Part shown: piece by piece, positions 26,307 through 38,968 of the stretch
Position numbering within the stretch: the first letter of the stretch is position 1
Layout: each line of letters begins with the position of its first letter
Assembly (NCBI GenBank): GCA_002104945.1
Contig: MCFH01000004.1
Coordinates: 1,240,001 to 1,304,000 of the forward strand
From: Piromyces finnis finn
Taxonomy: Eukaryota; Fungi; Neocallimastigomycota
Reading direction: 5' to 3'
DNA length: 64,000 nucleotides
Program-made: the position numbers and the translations under genes
The notes under the pieces: generated by a model
Told to the model about the DNA's origin: nothing
The model's input: only the letters and a program-made list of their open reading frames with translations
The model's database searches: none

Positions 26307-26694
26307 GTAAAAATGGTTTATCAAATAAAAAAATTATATTTAAAATTTATAATTATTTGATTATGAAAAAACAACTTTTTTTAACCTATCATCAAATAAA
26401 ATTTTAATAATTTTAGGTTTCATACATTTTAATTCTTCCAGATAAATAATAATAATAAAAAAAAAAATAATAATATAAAAGAAAAACTAATTTCAAGTTT
26501 TTAAAATTCAAATTTCGAATTTCATTTTAATATTAATAAAACAATAAATACATTGTTTTATATTCATTTTTTTAATATTTAAATAAGGAACGGCAACAAC
26601 GACAACATATATATATATAATATCATTTTTTTTTATTATTATTATTGAAATATTTAGAATATCGTAAAGTTTATTAAAAAATACAAAATTCAAT

Positions 26695-27857
26695 ATGACG
26701 TATAATAAAAACAGAAAGAGAAAGTCATTTAATGTTCATTTAATTCGTTTTCTCTGTTCAGTTGGTGGTACAGATAAAGTGTTAATGGTAAGATTATTAT
26801 TATTATTATTATTTTTTTTCAAATACTTTAATAATAAATCATATTAAGTAGAATATTTCACTTTAAATATATATATATATATTTTTTGAAAAAAATAATT
26901 TAACAAACATTTAATAATATATAATTTATACTAATTTATATATGGTTTCTTCTTCTTCTTCTTCTTTTTTTTGTTATATAATTATATACATATACGAAAA
27001 ATAAATATAATTTAATATATATTATCATTATAATTTTTTAAACATATATTAATATGTTATTAAAAATTTTAAAACTATTTTTTATTCCTTTAAATTAATG
27101 GAAAATTACTATTTTCAAAAAAAAAAAAAAATTTTTTTTTCATAATTAATTATATTCATTGAAAAATTATCATAACAATACATATTATATTAAAAAGACT
27201 GTTCAATATGCATCACGTATTGTATTTTGGCATTGTATGAAATCAGGAAATAAATCTTTAGCTCTTCGTTTTAAAAATTTAGAAGAACCAATTGATGATT
27301 TTAGAGTTCTATTAAGGTATTATGGTTTAGTACCCTTAGTTCAATGGATAGTTCACGTAGAATCTAATCCACCACCCTCCAAACTTTTATTAAACATAAA
27401 TCGTATGCAAAATTTTGTAAATGTTTTTTATTATCCATTAGAACATGCCTATTGGCTTGGTAAACACAATGTTCTTCCTATTTCTAAAGAAAAAACCAAA
27501 AAGCTAAGAGAATGGTCTTGCCGTCTCTGGGCCATTTATATAATTTTACAATTTTGGAATATATGGGAAGAATACAAGTTGTTACGACAAAGAGAAAATT
27601 ATGTAAACGGTGTAGAAATGAGTGATCCTAAAACAGAGGAAGAACTTCGTGAAAAACATTCTCTTAAAAAGGTTAAATATCAACTTGAAAGAGAAAAGCT
27701 AACTATTGCAATGAATTTAATAATTAATACTGCTTATCTTCCTCTCACTCTTAGTTGGTCATTTAAAAGACTTCGTATATCTGATGCAACAGAGGGATCA
27801 TTGGGATTAATAGCTGCACTTTGTCAATTCTTTACAAGTTGGGTAGCGACTTCTTAA
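26695..27857 (+). CDS. PEX11: Peroxin-11 family protein (Pex11C/PEX11gamma-like), 2 exons
   Basis: Exon 1 is 26695-26787 (MTYNKNRKRKSFNVHLIRFLCSVGGTDKVLM, then gtaag); exon 2 is 27198-27857 (TVQYASR...IDDFRVLLRYYGLVPLVQW...YYPLEHAYWL...WSCRLWAIYIIL...NTAYLPLTLSWS). DKxLMTxQY, DxRxLxRxxGL and YYPLEH are Pex11C-type motifs. Confidence 0.8.
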
Positions 27858-29106
27858 TTTTCTTTCTTTATTTATTTACTTTTTTTTTTTTTTTGGATTT
27901 TTGAATATATATGTTCTTAAATAGTATATTAATCATCATACAGAACAAAAATAGAATTTCAAAAAGTAAAAGAAAAACAAAATAAAACAAAGCAAAGCAA
28001 GAACAAAAAAAAAAAAAAAAAATAAGAAAGCGAAAAGATAAAATTTACCAAACAATAAAAAAAAAAAACTATTTATTTATTTTAGATTTTATATTTAATA
28101 ATTTCATCAGCTATTTTTATAGAACATTATACATTAGAAACTTAATACAACAATACTTTAGTAGTAAATAGTTTAGAAATAACTATCTAACAGAAAAATG
28201 CATACAAATATAATAAAAGTCAAATAGAAATAAAAATTTTTGTGAAAAATAAACAATGATAAAAAAAAAAAAGAAGAAAAGAAATTAAATTTATTATAAG
28301 TACACTGAAAATACTAGCACAATAACAACATCAATAAATAATTAAAAAGCAAAACAAAACAAAATATATTTACATATATTTTAACAATACCATCAATATC
28401 CAATATCAATGTATAGTAATAATAGAAAATAATATTCATGGATAGCCCCAATTATATTATTTCAAATTACCATTATAAATAAATAAAAAAAAAAATCAAT
28501 TAAAATAAGGAAAAAAAAAAAAAATAGTAATAATAGTAAATATATTATTAAGCATATCTTCTATAAATCAAAAAAAAAAAAAAAAAAAAACATTAATAAT
28601 GATTATTATTGTAAAAAATGAAATATACCATCAATTTTATATTATTATAAATAATAATAATAAGTAATTATTAGTATAATAATAATATTATTATTAAATC
28701 ACAATATTAATTATTTATATTTTTATATAAAATATAAAAATACTACTTTTTTTCTTTTCTTTTTCTTCTTTTTCTTTCAATAGTTATTTATAAATTTTAT
28801 AAAAAATTATTTTTTTCTAAAACTAGAAAATAAATTAATTTTCTTGTTTTTGTATAATTAATTATTGTATATACATTTGATAAAATAATTTTTAAACACT
28901 TATACATAAAAAAAAAAAAAAAAAAAAAAGAATTAAATAATAAAAAAGGAAATATATAATAAAAAATAAATATGTATACTATTATTTAAATACTAATCAT
29001 AAGAAAATGTATCTGGAATAATATTTATTATACTTTGTTATGAGTTAATAATATCTATCATAAAATATCCATTCAAGTGCCTTTTAAATTTGTCATATAT
29101 ATTTAT

Positions 29107-29141
<35 letters not shown>

Positions 29142-29497
29142 AAATCTAAAGTATTTTTTTTTTTTTCTTTTCAAAAAGTAATTTTTTTTTTTTTAATAAT
29201 ATAATTATACATTTAGTAATGCTCTCAAAATTTTTATTAATATATATATATATTTTTTCGATTAAGCAAGATAAAATTTTTAAAAATAAGTTATTAATTA
29301 TTTTTTATTCTTTAATTAAATTCTTTATTTTAAAAATTATTATCTATATGCATAATGAAGTAGTTATTATGCTATGATAATTATAGGATAGTTACACTAT
29401 TATATTTATATTATTATTACATATTATTAATTTCGAATGATAAATAGTAATATTAATAAAATGGTTTATTTTTATTGTTTTTATCTTTTTTATTTTT

Positions 29498-30296
29498 TTA
29501 AACAATATTTTCTAAAACTTTCCAAATATCTTCAAAAGTGGTGTAAGGATAATATGGAATTTTTTCTTGTTCGCACCAACGTTGTAAAGTACGACCTTCT
29601 TTTGCAAATAAATAATCAGCATGTTTAGAAGCAGAAATGTCTGATATGCCGTCACCAATAAATATAATCTTTATATCACTATCTTTATCCCTGACTTCTT
29701 GAATAGTTCTTCCCTTATCATGTCCAAGTTCGCTTTTTAATATTTATATTAATATAGATATTAATTATTCAAAATTTAAATAGTTTTCTTTTTAATAAAA
29801 TTACTAAAATAATATATTTATTAATTATTATTATCGTCGTTGTAGTTGGTATATGAAACTACAGTTTACCTATCATCTCTGTAAATAATTTTCCAGTGAC
29901 CATTTTCAGCAATTGTATGATCATTTGCAAAAATTTGAATTTTTTCTAATTCTTCTTTTGTTAAAAATTTATTGAGAACCTCGTGAATTAGTTTTATAAG
30001 ACCAGAACTAAGAATTGCAATAGGTATATTATGTTCATTACAGTGATTTTGGAACTAATTATTTTTATATTTAAATGATGAAAAATGTTTATAAAAATTA
30101 ATATATATATATATATAATATTAAATACTTATTGAGAATATTATTGTTCTCATATTATTTAAATGTATAGAATTATAGAATTATTGAAATATTGTTTCGA
30201 TACTTTTTTTTTATTGTCAAATTCTATGAAATATTAATATTAATTATTATTATTATTATTATTACTATTATCGACTTTCTCTACATCAATATTAAG

Positions 30297-30331
<35 letters not shown>

Positions 30332-30889
30332 TTATCATTTTTATTATTAGGATATCAATGAAAGAAAAAGAATTTGATTATCATTTTTCTTTTTAATTTT
30401 ATTTATAAAATAAAAAAGAATGGAAAAAGATATTTATTATTTCGAAATTTACCTCTTTGAAATATGGGTCGATTTTTGCATCTTTAATAAGTTCTTTAGC
30501 TTCATCCCATGATATATTAACACTATCCCACATTTCAGCAACACAATCAGTATAAGTTCTTACTTTATCTAAAATTAGTTTATCAAATGCTTTTCTATTG
30601 TCATAACCGAAACAAACGTCGATTACTTTGGCACCAGTATCAGTTAAAGATAAAGTACCATCAAAATCTTTTATACATAAATATATTTGAATATAAGTGA
30701 TAATAAGTTTATAATTTAAGATTCCATTTTTTGTATTGAGATTTACATTAATTATTATAAATTGTATATAATATTAATTAATTATTTAATAATTAAAGGA
30801 ATTAAGTATTAACCATCAATTTATAATATAATAGATTACGTATTCATATTAAACATTTATATACCTGTAAAAACAAAATATTTAACCAT
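29498..30889 (-). CDS. HAD-superfamily phosphatase (MtnX/YNL010W-Pyp1-like), about 5 exons
   Basis: Spliced: MVKYFVFT|DFDGTLSLTDTG (motif I DxDGT) ... IPIAILSSG (motif II) ... LGHDKG (motif III) ... IFIGDGISDISASKHADYLFAK (motif IV); ends ENIV*. Confidence 0.85.
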
Positions 30890-31928
30890 TTTTTATATTG
30901 ATATTATTAAAATTAGGATAAGAAATTTTTATATAAATTTTAATTTTTATAGTAAAAAAAAATTTTTTTATTATTTAAAATTTAGATATAAATTTAGCAA
31001 TGTAATATTTTACAGAAATTATAACATGAATCATTCTTTTAAATATATTTTTTTTTTTTTACCTATTTATAAAAGTTTAATAATATTTACTCATTCAATG
31101 TTTTGTATCAATTAAAAATCGTTTGATATCTTTTTCTATTAATGATATTACTTTTTTTTTTTTTTTTTAAAAAAAAAAACAACCCAATATATACATAGTA
31201 TACAAAGTATTCTATATTTTTTTTGTTGTGATAAAACATTTGAAATTTGAGAAATTAAATTATATATATCTTTGTTTTTTTTTTTTTAAAAAAAAATTCA
31301 CTTTATAATACGATATCATTTTACAACAACAATTACATCAATAAATTATTAAATAGTTTTATTATATAAAATGATAAGAAATTATTTTATATTTAAAATG
31401 TATTTTTTTTTTTATTGTTATATTATTTGATAAATATATATAACTTTTTTTTTTTTTTTTTTTTTAAAATTTTATATATATTCCTTTCTATTTTGAAGAG
31501 ATTGATTTTATTATAGAATCTAAATCTCTATAGTTAACTCTATAATTATATTATTAATTGCTATATAAAATAGTTTTATTATTATTATTTTTTTTTATAT
31601 TTATTCCTTTCTATTTTGAATAAAGATTGACTTTATAGAATCCATCTCTATTTTGATTCCATTTTTCATATTTTTCTTAATTATTTTTTTTAGTTTCTTT
31701 ATCTTTTTTTAACTTTTTTTTTTCTTTGCTTTTTATTAAATTTCTTTTTAATTTAAAAAAAATTCATAACAATTTCCAATAGGTTAAATAATTATTATTA
31801 TTATATATATATAATAAAAAAAAAACATATATTTAAATAATTGATAAAATTATTTATATTAATAATGTATAATAGAAAAATTAAAATTCACTTTTTTTTA
31901 ATAAAAAACTTAAATTGGCTTTTTATAT

Positions 31929-33517
31929 TTAGTCTTCATATTCTTTTAAATAACATAATGGAACAATACCAGTTTTGTTTGTTCTTCTATTATAACCATT
32001 GCACCAACCATCATCAAACTTTTTCTTAATTTCAATGACATCACCAGCCTTAAGTTCTAATTCATCTGAAAGTGATGGGGCATAATCCCAATTTGCGACA
32101 AAAAGTTCTTCTGGAGCATCAACTGGTTCCTTTTGTTTTTCATCAACCTTTACATTACTTCTTCTAGATGATTTTCTACGTAAAAGGGTTGGATTTTCCT
32201 TTACAGCGTTAATTAAAATTGGTTGGTTAATTATTTTACTATTTTGTTCATCGTCATCGTCATTATCAGTAGTCATGGTATTATAGAGAGATGGATGGGC
32301 TTGAATATTTTCTTGTTCAAAGGTTGTATTGGCATCCTTTTGATTATTTGAAGTATTATTAATGTTCTCTTCATTGGTAACATTATTACTAACATTGCCA
32401 CCATAGGCATTATTATAGTTGTTAATAGCTGCTTCTTCAATTTCTTCATTGTTTATATCAGAAGCTGGAGCTGGTGGACCGGAAGCAACAAATGGTGATA
32501 TTTGAGGTTTTGATACAGCAGAAGGGGCTTCATTTTTAATATTAATTTCAACTTGCTCTTCTTCTATTTCAATTTCCTTTTTTTCTTCGTTTTTAACAAT
32601 TGGTAATATTGATTTTCTGTCCTCATTATTACCTCCCTTCTTACCTTTTCTGCTCATTAAAAAGAAACCAAGAGCACCAATTATTAAAAGTGCAGCAACA
32701 CCAATTAAAATATATGGCCAAACCTTAGTACCATTACTTTTTCCATTATTACTAAAACTGTTTGAGAAATTTCCAGAAGCGCCATTTTTACATGATGATT
32801 TACAAACATCAGGAATAAAATCATATGGGCTACTTTCATAAGAAGCACATATTGGTGTGTTTGAAAAGTTACATCCTGAAATATTAGATTGGAATGCTCT
32901 TTGTGGCATTCCTGTTATTTTTGTATTTGAAATATCTAATTCTTTTAATTTTGTAGCATCATATAAAAATGTTGGGAAATTAGCTGAAGAAATACCTGAA
33001 TTACTTAAATCAACTTTTTCTAAATTTTCAGTACTAAGAGTATAAATATCATTTATATTCTGTTGACCACGAATAGAACTGTCATATATAAACAATTATT
33101 TTAATTAATAAATAATACAAATTTTATTTACATACACATAAACAACTACTTTTTTTAAAGAATAAATATTTATATTTAAATAATATTTATAATATTTACA
33201 ATTCTCTAAGATGGGTTAAAAAAGCAATAGTTTGTGGAAATGGTCCAACAGTGCTTATACCATTATAATTGGAAAAATCAATTTTTTCAATGTTTCCATT
33301 ATTATCACATCCAACCATACTCCAGGTACTATTAATATGATTAATATAATAAGTATTATATTTTTTATTTTAGATATTTTTATATTTATTATTTATTTAT
33401 ATTTTTCATTATTTCATATAAAATATAATGTTTTTATTCATACCAACAATCGCCAGTATTGGTATCAGCTGGATTAAGTTCTTTTATTATTGTTTGAAAG
33501 TATACACAATCACTCAT
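31929..33517 (-). CDS. Single-pass membrane protein: Cys-capped LRR ectodomain, TM helix, low-complexity linker, C-terminal SH3
   Basis: Upstream exons MSDCVYFQTIIKELNPADTNTGDCC | ...VGCDNNGNIEKIDFS...GPFPQTIAFLTHLREL; LRRs LEKVDLSNSGIS and LKELDISNTKITG; TM VWPYILIGVAALLIIGALGFFLM followed by RKGKK; SH3 VANWDYAPSLSDELELKAGD...DDGWCNG...GIVPLCYL. The true start may lie further upstream because no signal peptide was found. Confidence 0.75.
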
Positions 33518-35336
33518 TTTTTATTATTCTTATTGATTTTATTTTCTATATAACTACATTAAATAAATAAATAAAATAATATAATATATTTATATATTAC
33601 TTAGTTTTTATTGTTTTATATATATTTCAAACATTTATTATCACTTTTTGTTATTATTATTATTATTATTATTATGCAACTTTCTTACCTTAATGATTAA
33701 ATTAATAATGAATATATTAATGAATATCTAGATATTATATAAATAATTATTTTTCTTTACTAATTATTTTATTTAAAATTTGGAAATTGTTATAATAAAT
33801 TGGGAGAATATTATAACTATAGAGTTTTTTTTTTTTTTTTTAAGGAAAAAGACTATATACTTTTTTTTATATATATTTAATAATAAAATATATTTATTTT
33901 TTTCCTATATATCCCTTAAGAAAAAAAAGTATTAACTTTTTTTTTTTTTATTATGTTATGAACTTTATATGTTTTAATTTTTAATAATAATTATATAATC
34001 TTTTTTTTTTTTTTTTATAATTTTAAAAAGAAATTTATAAAAAAAAAAAAAAAATTATATATATGATATAGAGTATCTGGTTAAAGTAAAACAATAATTA
34101 AAATTTATTATTTAATAAAATTCAATACAATAATAAAAAATCAAATTGTGGTATGAATAAAAGAAAAAAAAATAATATATTTTCATTTCATAATAAATAA
34201 ATAAACAAATATATAATTAAATAAATAAATATTAAATTCATAATTGAAGTTTCAATAAAAAAAATAAAAATTTAATTATTTTATAATTATTCATTCATTT
34301 ATTTTTCATAAGGAAAATAAAAATTAATGAAAAAAGTTGAGATAGATTATTTAATATATTATAATATATTATTAAATAGATTAAAATTGAATTAATTAAA
34401 TTGAAAAATTAATTACATGACTATAAATTTATATATTTTTAATTATTAATCGATTATTATAAATATATAAAATAAAGTTTTTAACCTGATTTTATTTCTT
34501 TTTTTTATTTATACAATATATTATTAAATAAAAATTAATATACATATAATCTAATATTTCATATATTAGATATATTAGATTAATATATTTTATAGAGTCT
34601 TTAATAATATATTAATGTTTAGTATTAAATAGAGTTTCTTTTTGAAATAAAGAAATGTTTTTTTTAATATACGGCCAATATTTAATATTTATTTCCATTT
34701 ATAATAATATACGTTAAATTAATTGTACATATATTATTTTAAATATTTATATTAAATTTTTAAAAGTTTATTTATAATAAATGGTTTAACTTACACAAAC
34801 CAAAAGAATAGAAATTAACACATCCCAATACAATAGTACTTCCTGTTGATTCTACAATTATTATAATAAATATTAAAATAGAAAGATAAAATAATATATA
34901 ATGTAACCTATTATATATAAATATATTTATATCCATAATCAACTTTAAATTATAATGGAATGTTTAAAAGACATTTATTTGAATAAAAAAAAAGATTCTT
35001 AGGTTATTTTACTGATGGGAAGGGACTGTGGAATTAAATTTAATAAATAGATAATTAATTAATAAATTAGATAAATTTATTAATATTTAATTTAATAAAT
35101 AAGTAATAAGATTAAATAAATTTATAAAAGTGGAAAAATAAGAACTTTTTTTTTATATATAATAATACAACACCTTTTTTCGTTATTAACTTGTCCATTA
35201 ATACATAAAAAATTACAATGCTTATAAGATCAATATAATTAACAAGAAATATATTATAAAAATACAAAAATACAATATTCAAAGTTTATATTTAAATTTA
35301 TTATCTTTAAAATAAAAGTATTAGATTTGTAATACT

Positions 35337-35344
<8 letters not shown>

Positions 35345-35371
<27 letters not shown>

Positions 35372-35435
35372 GGCATCAAATATTTTAAACTTTATTATTA
35401 ATTTAATTAAAATTATAATACATGTAATAAAAAAA
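35345..35435 (-). mobile_element. Extremely 5'-truncated copy (3' end plus poly-A) of the same LINE, with TSD
   Basis: The reverse complement reads tttttttattacatgtattataattttaattaaattaataataaagtttaaaatatttgatgccgtt followed by poly-A, matching the last ~70 nt of the full copy (about 26195-26262). Flanked by acttcaaattt at 35334-35344 and 35436-35446. Confidence 0.9.
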
Positions 35436-36324
35436 ACTTCAAATTTATTATTACTTTATTTTCATTTTGTAGCTCTTAGTATCTATTAAGGTGTTATTAC
35501 ATCTAGTTTACCTCCTAATTTACTATAAACTATTTTATTCTTTTTATTTATGTGTTTATAAATTCAAATAATAACATCAAAAATTCATTTTTATAATACA
35601 CTTTTCCTTATTTTTCTAACTCAATTTTCTAACTTTCTAAATATGGATTTAATTAAAAAATGTATATATATTTTTTAAAAAAAAAAAAAAGTTTACTTGA
35701 AAGTTGAAATTTAAAATATTATTTATTATTATTATTTTTTTTTTAAAAAAATAAAAAGAAATTCAAAGCTATTCTCTACAATACTATAATATGAATTATA
35801 TATTTTAATTTAAATTAAAACTGTATTTAAAAATTTAAAATTATTTTTATTTATGCATATATACACTTAATTATCATAATAAACTCTTGAAAAAAAGTAT
35901 TTCTTTTCCCTTAATTCCTTTAATTCTCTACTGTTAAATATTAATTATTATTATTATTATAATTATTATTATAGTTATTATTATTTTTTACCTAATTAAC
36001 TAGATTTTAAAGAAAAATGTTATAAACACTATATTAATAATATTATTAATACTAATAATAATAATAAAAATAATAAAAATAATAAAAATGGTACACTTTT
36101 TACTGAATTAAAAATTACAATAATTAATATTGTTTTTTTTTTTTTATATTGAACTTTATTAAATTTTTGAATATTGATTTGTAATAAAATAATACTTGAT
36201 AGATTTTTAATGCATAATAATAAATTGTTATATTTAATAGTAATATTAATATTATTGATGTTATTTAAAATGTTATTTATAATTTAAGTACATTTTTGCT
36301 TTAATAATAACAATAATGCTCATC

Positions 36325-37458
36325 CTAAATAGCAAGTGATTTTAAACGTTTTTCAATACCGTCAATATCACTGGTTTCAACTCTTATGACTTTTTCTCTG
36401 CTCTTCATGCCTCCAATTAAACTGACTTCAGATTTTTTTACTCCAAGAGCCTTTAAATATCATGAACATTCATTAATATATCAATTATAGTATTGAATTA
36501 GGCGGATGTGGATGAGAAATGCAATAAAATATAATTAATATTTGATAATTTAAAATATTAATGTTATTATTGCATATATTTGATATTTATATTAGAAATG
36601 TATATTAATACAAGAATATTTAAATATTAATACGTATAATATAAATGATTATAGATTATAAAATTAAAAATAGATTTCTCTTTTTTTTTTAAAAAAAAAA
36701 AAAAAGTAAATGTATTTTTAAAAATAAATAAATATTTATTTGTATTATTAATAAAATATATTACTTCAGCCATAAATTTGACACATTCTGTATTAGCTTC
36801 TCCATCTTTTGGAGGAGCACTTAACTATTTATAATAACAGTAATAAAAAAAATCATCCATAATTATTATATATTATTATTATTATTATTAATTAATGTAT
36901 AAATTTATAATTAATATTTAAAACATAGAAAGAATATTATATTTTATCTTTACATACTTGCACACCAACATAGTCATCAGTATATTCAACTACTTGAGAT
37001 ATTTGAGCATTTGGTTTGACCTTTTATTCAAAAATTAAAAAAAAAAAAGTATATAATATAAAAAAAAAAAAAAGTGTGTGAATTTCGAATTTAAAATGTA
37101 TTGTTAATTATTAAAATTAAAAACTTTACTTTATAAATTTAAATGTTATCTATTAATATCATATCTATCATTTTCTGAAACATTATATATTAATAATAAT
37201 AAAAAGAGTAACTTAAAATATAAATAGATTGTAGTATGGAATTTAAAATTATTAATTTAGGCTTTTGTTAATTATATAAAAAAAAATATAAAAAGTTTTT
37301 TTTATAATTACTTGCAATTGAATACGTAGAGTATTATCTTTTAACATTTGAAGAGGTCCTTTTTTAATTTCATTAGATTCCTTTTCATTGCCTTTTCCTT
37401 TGGAATTACCTTTGGTATTTGCTTTAGCATTACTTGCTTTTCCTTTATTTTTAGCCAT
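36325..37458 (-). CDS. DUF167/UPF0235 (YggU, C15orf40-like) protein, 4 exons
   Basis: MAKNKGK...LRIQLQ|VKPNAQISQVVEYTDDYVGVQ|LSAPPKDGEANTECVKFMAE|ALGVKKSEVSLIGGMKSREKVIRV...*. VKPNA, APPxDGEAN and GxKSRxK are DUF167 signatures. Confidence 0.88.
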
Positions 37459-37488
37459 TTTTTTTGGTATATGTAAAAAAATATAAAA

Positions 37489-37526
<38 letters not shown>

Positions 37527-37890
37527 AAATTAATTTCAAATTACATACCATCAAAGTAGTACAAAACTAATTAATCAAAAAACTATAAAATTAAAACTTT
37601 GAAAATTAAAATATTTTTTTTTTAATAGCTTTTTATTTTTTTTTTACTTTTTTATTTTTTAAAAATTATAATAATAAAAATTTTCTTTGATAAAATATGA
37701 ATACAAAAATGAGTAATGTATCTATAATTTTTATTTTACTTTTTTTAATTTTATTTTTTATTTTTATTTTTTTTTTTTTAATTCTAATTTTATTATATTT
37801 TTATTTTATATTATTTAATTTGATTTATTTTTTTTTTTTTTTTTAGTTGTATTTTTTCTCCTTTTATAATTTTACTTTATTTTTTTTTTT

Positions 37891-38926
37891 TTAATTTTCT
37901 TGTCCTAAAATATTTAATTGTTCAATAAATTCTTGAGCAGTTAAAAGTTCAGTAGTACCATAAGTAATAGTCTTTGGTGGGTTTTGACGCTAATAAAATA
38001 AATATTAAAATGTTAAAAGTATTATTAATTTTTAAACTTTAATTTTTTTTTTTTTTAATTGTTTATTCATTATTGTCAATTTTTGCTTTTTGACTTTATT
38101 TTTTTTAAAAAAAAAAGGACTTACATTAGCGTATTCTAATAAATTTTGATATTCATTATAATTACCACCACCAACAACAAAGACAATAGCATCTTGGAAT
38201 TGCATTCTATTATTTGGAACTTTAGTTGGATCAGATCCTTTAACGGATTTTGGATCATAGAAAAGATAGTCATCATGATCTGAAGAAGAATAACCACCAA
38301 TGTCTAATAAACTATCTACAATTTTTGTAATTGGTAAATCTTTACTGGCTGGGAAAATATTCTTTACACCGGAAATTAAATTTTCTATACGACCTTCCTT
38401 TAGCTATAAATATAAAAAATATATAAATATTAAATACAATAAATGAAATAAATAAATACTTTTACCTCTTCCTCATTTAATTAATATAATAAATAATAAT
38501 AATACTACTAATAATAAAATTACCTTACTACCAAAGGAACTAAATTTTCCTAATAAATCACCAGCATTTTGATTATTTGATATATTAGACATTTTAGTGA
38601 AAGCATTAATCCTATATGCATTTAAATATTAAATTAAATAGAAGAAACAGAAATATAAGATATTTTTATTTTAAACTTTTTATTTAATAATGTATTTAAT
38701 AAAAATAGTACTAAAGCCCTTACTTTCTTAAGTAATCTAAACATTCTACTTTACAGCCTGCATCTATTAAAGCATTTTTGTATTCAACAAAGTCTTCTTG
38801 GGTGATATTTTCAACTGAAAGTAAATACATAATAAATAATCTTAACTTATCTTCCGGTTTACCCTTTTCTGGATCATTAATCACTTCAAGTAATTGTGAT
38901 TTATTCTTAATTATACATATATATTA

Positions 38927-38968
<42 letters not shown>

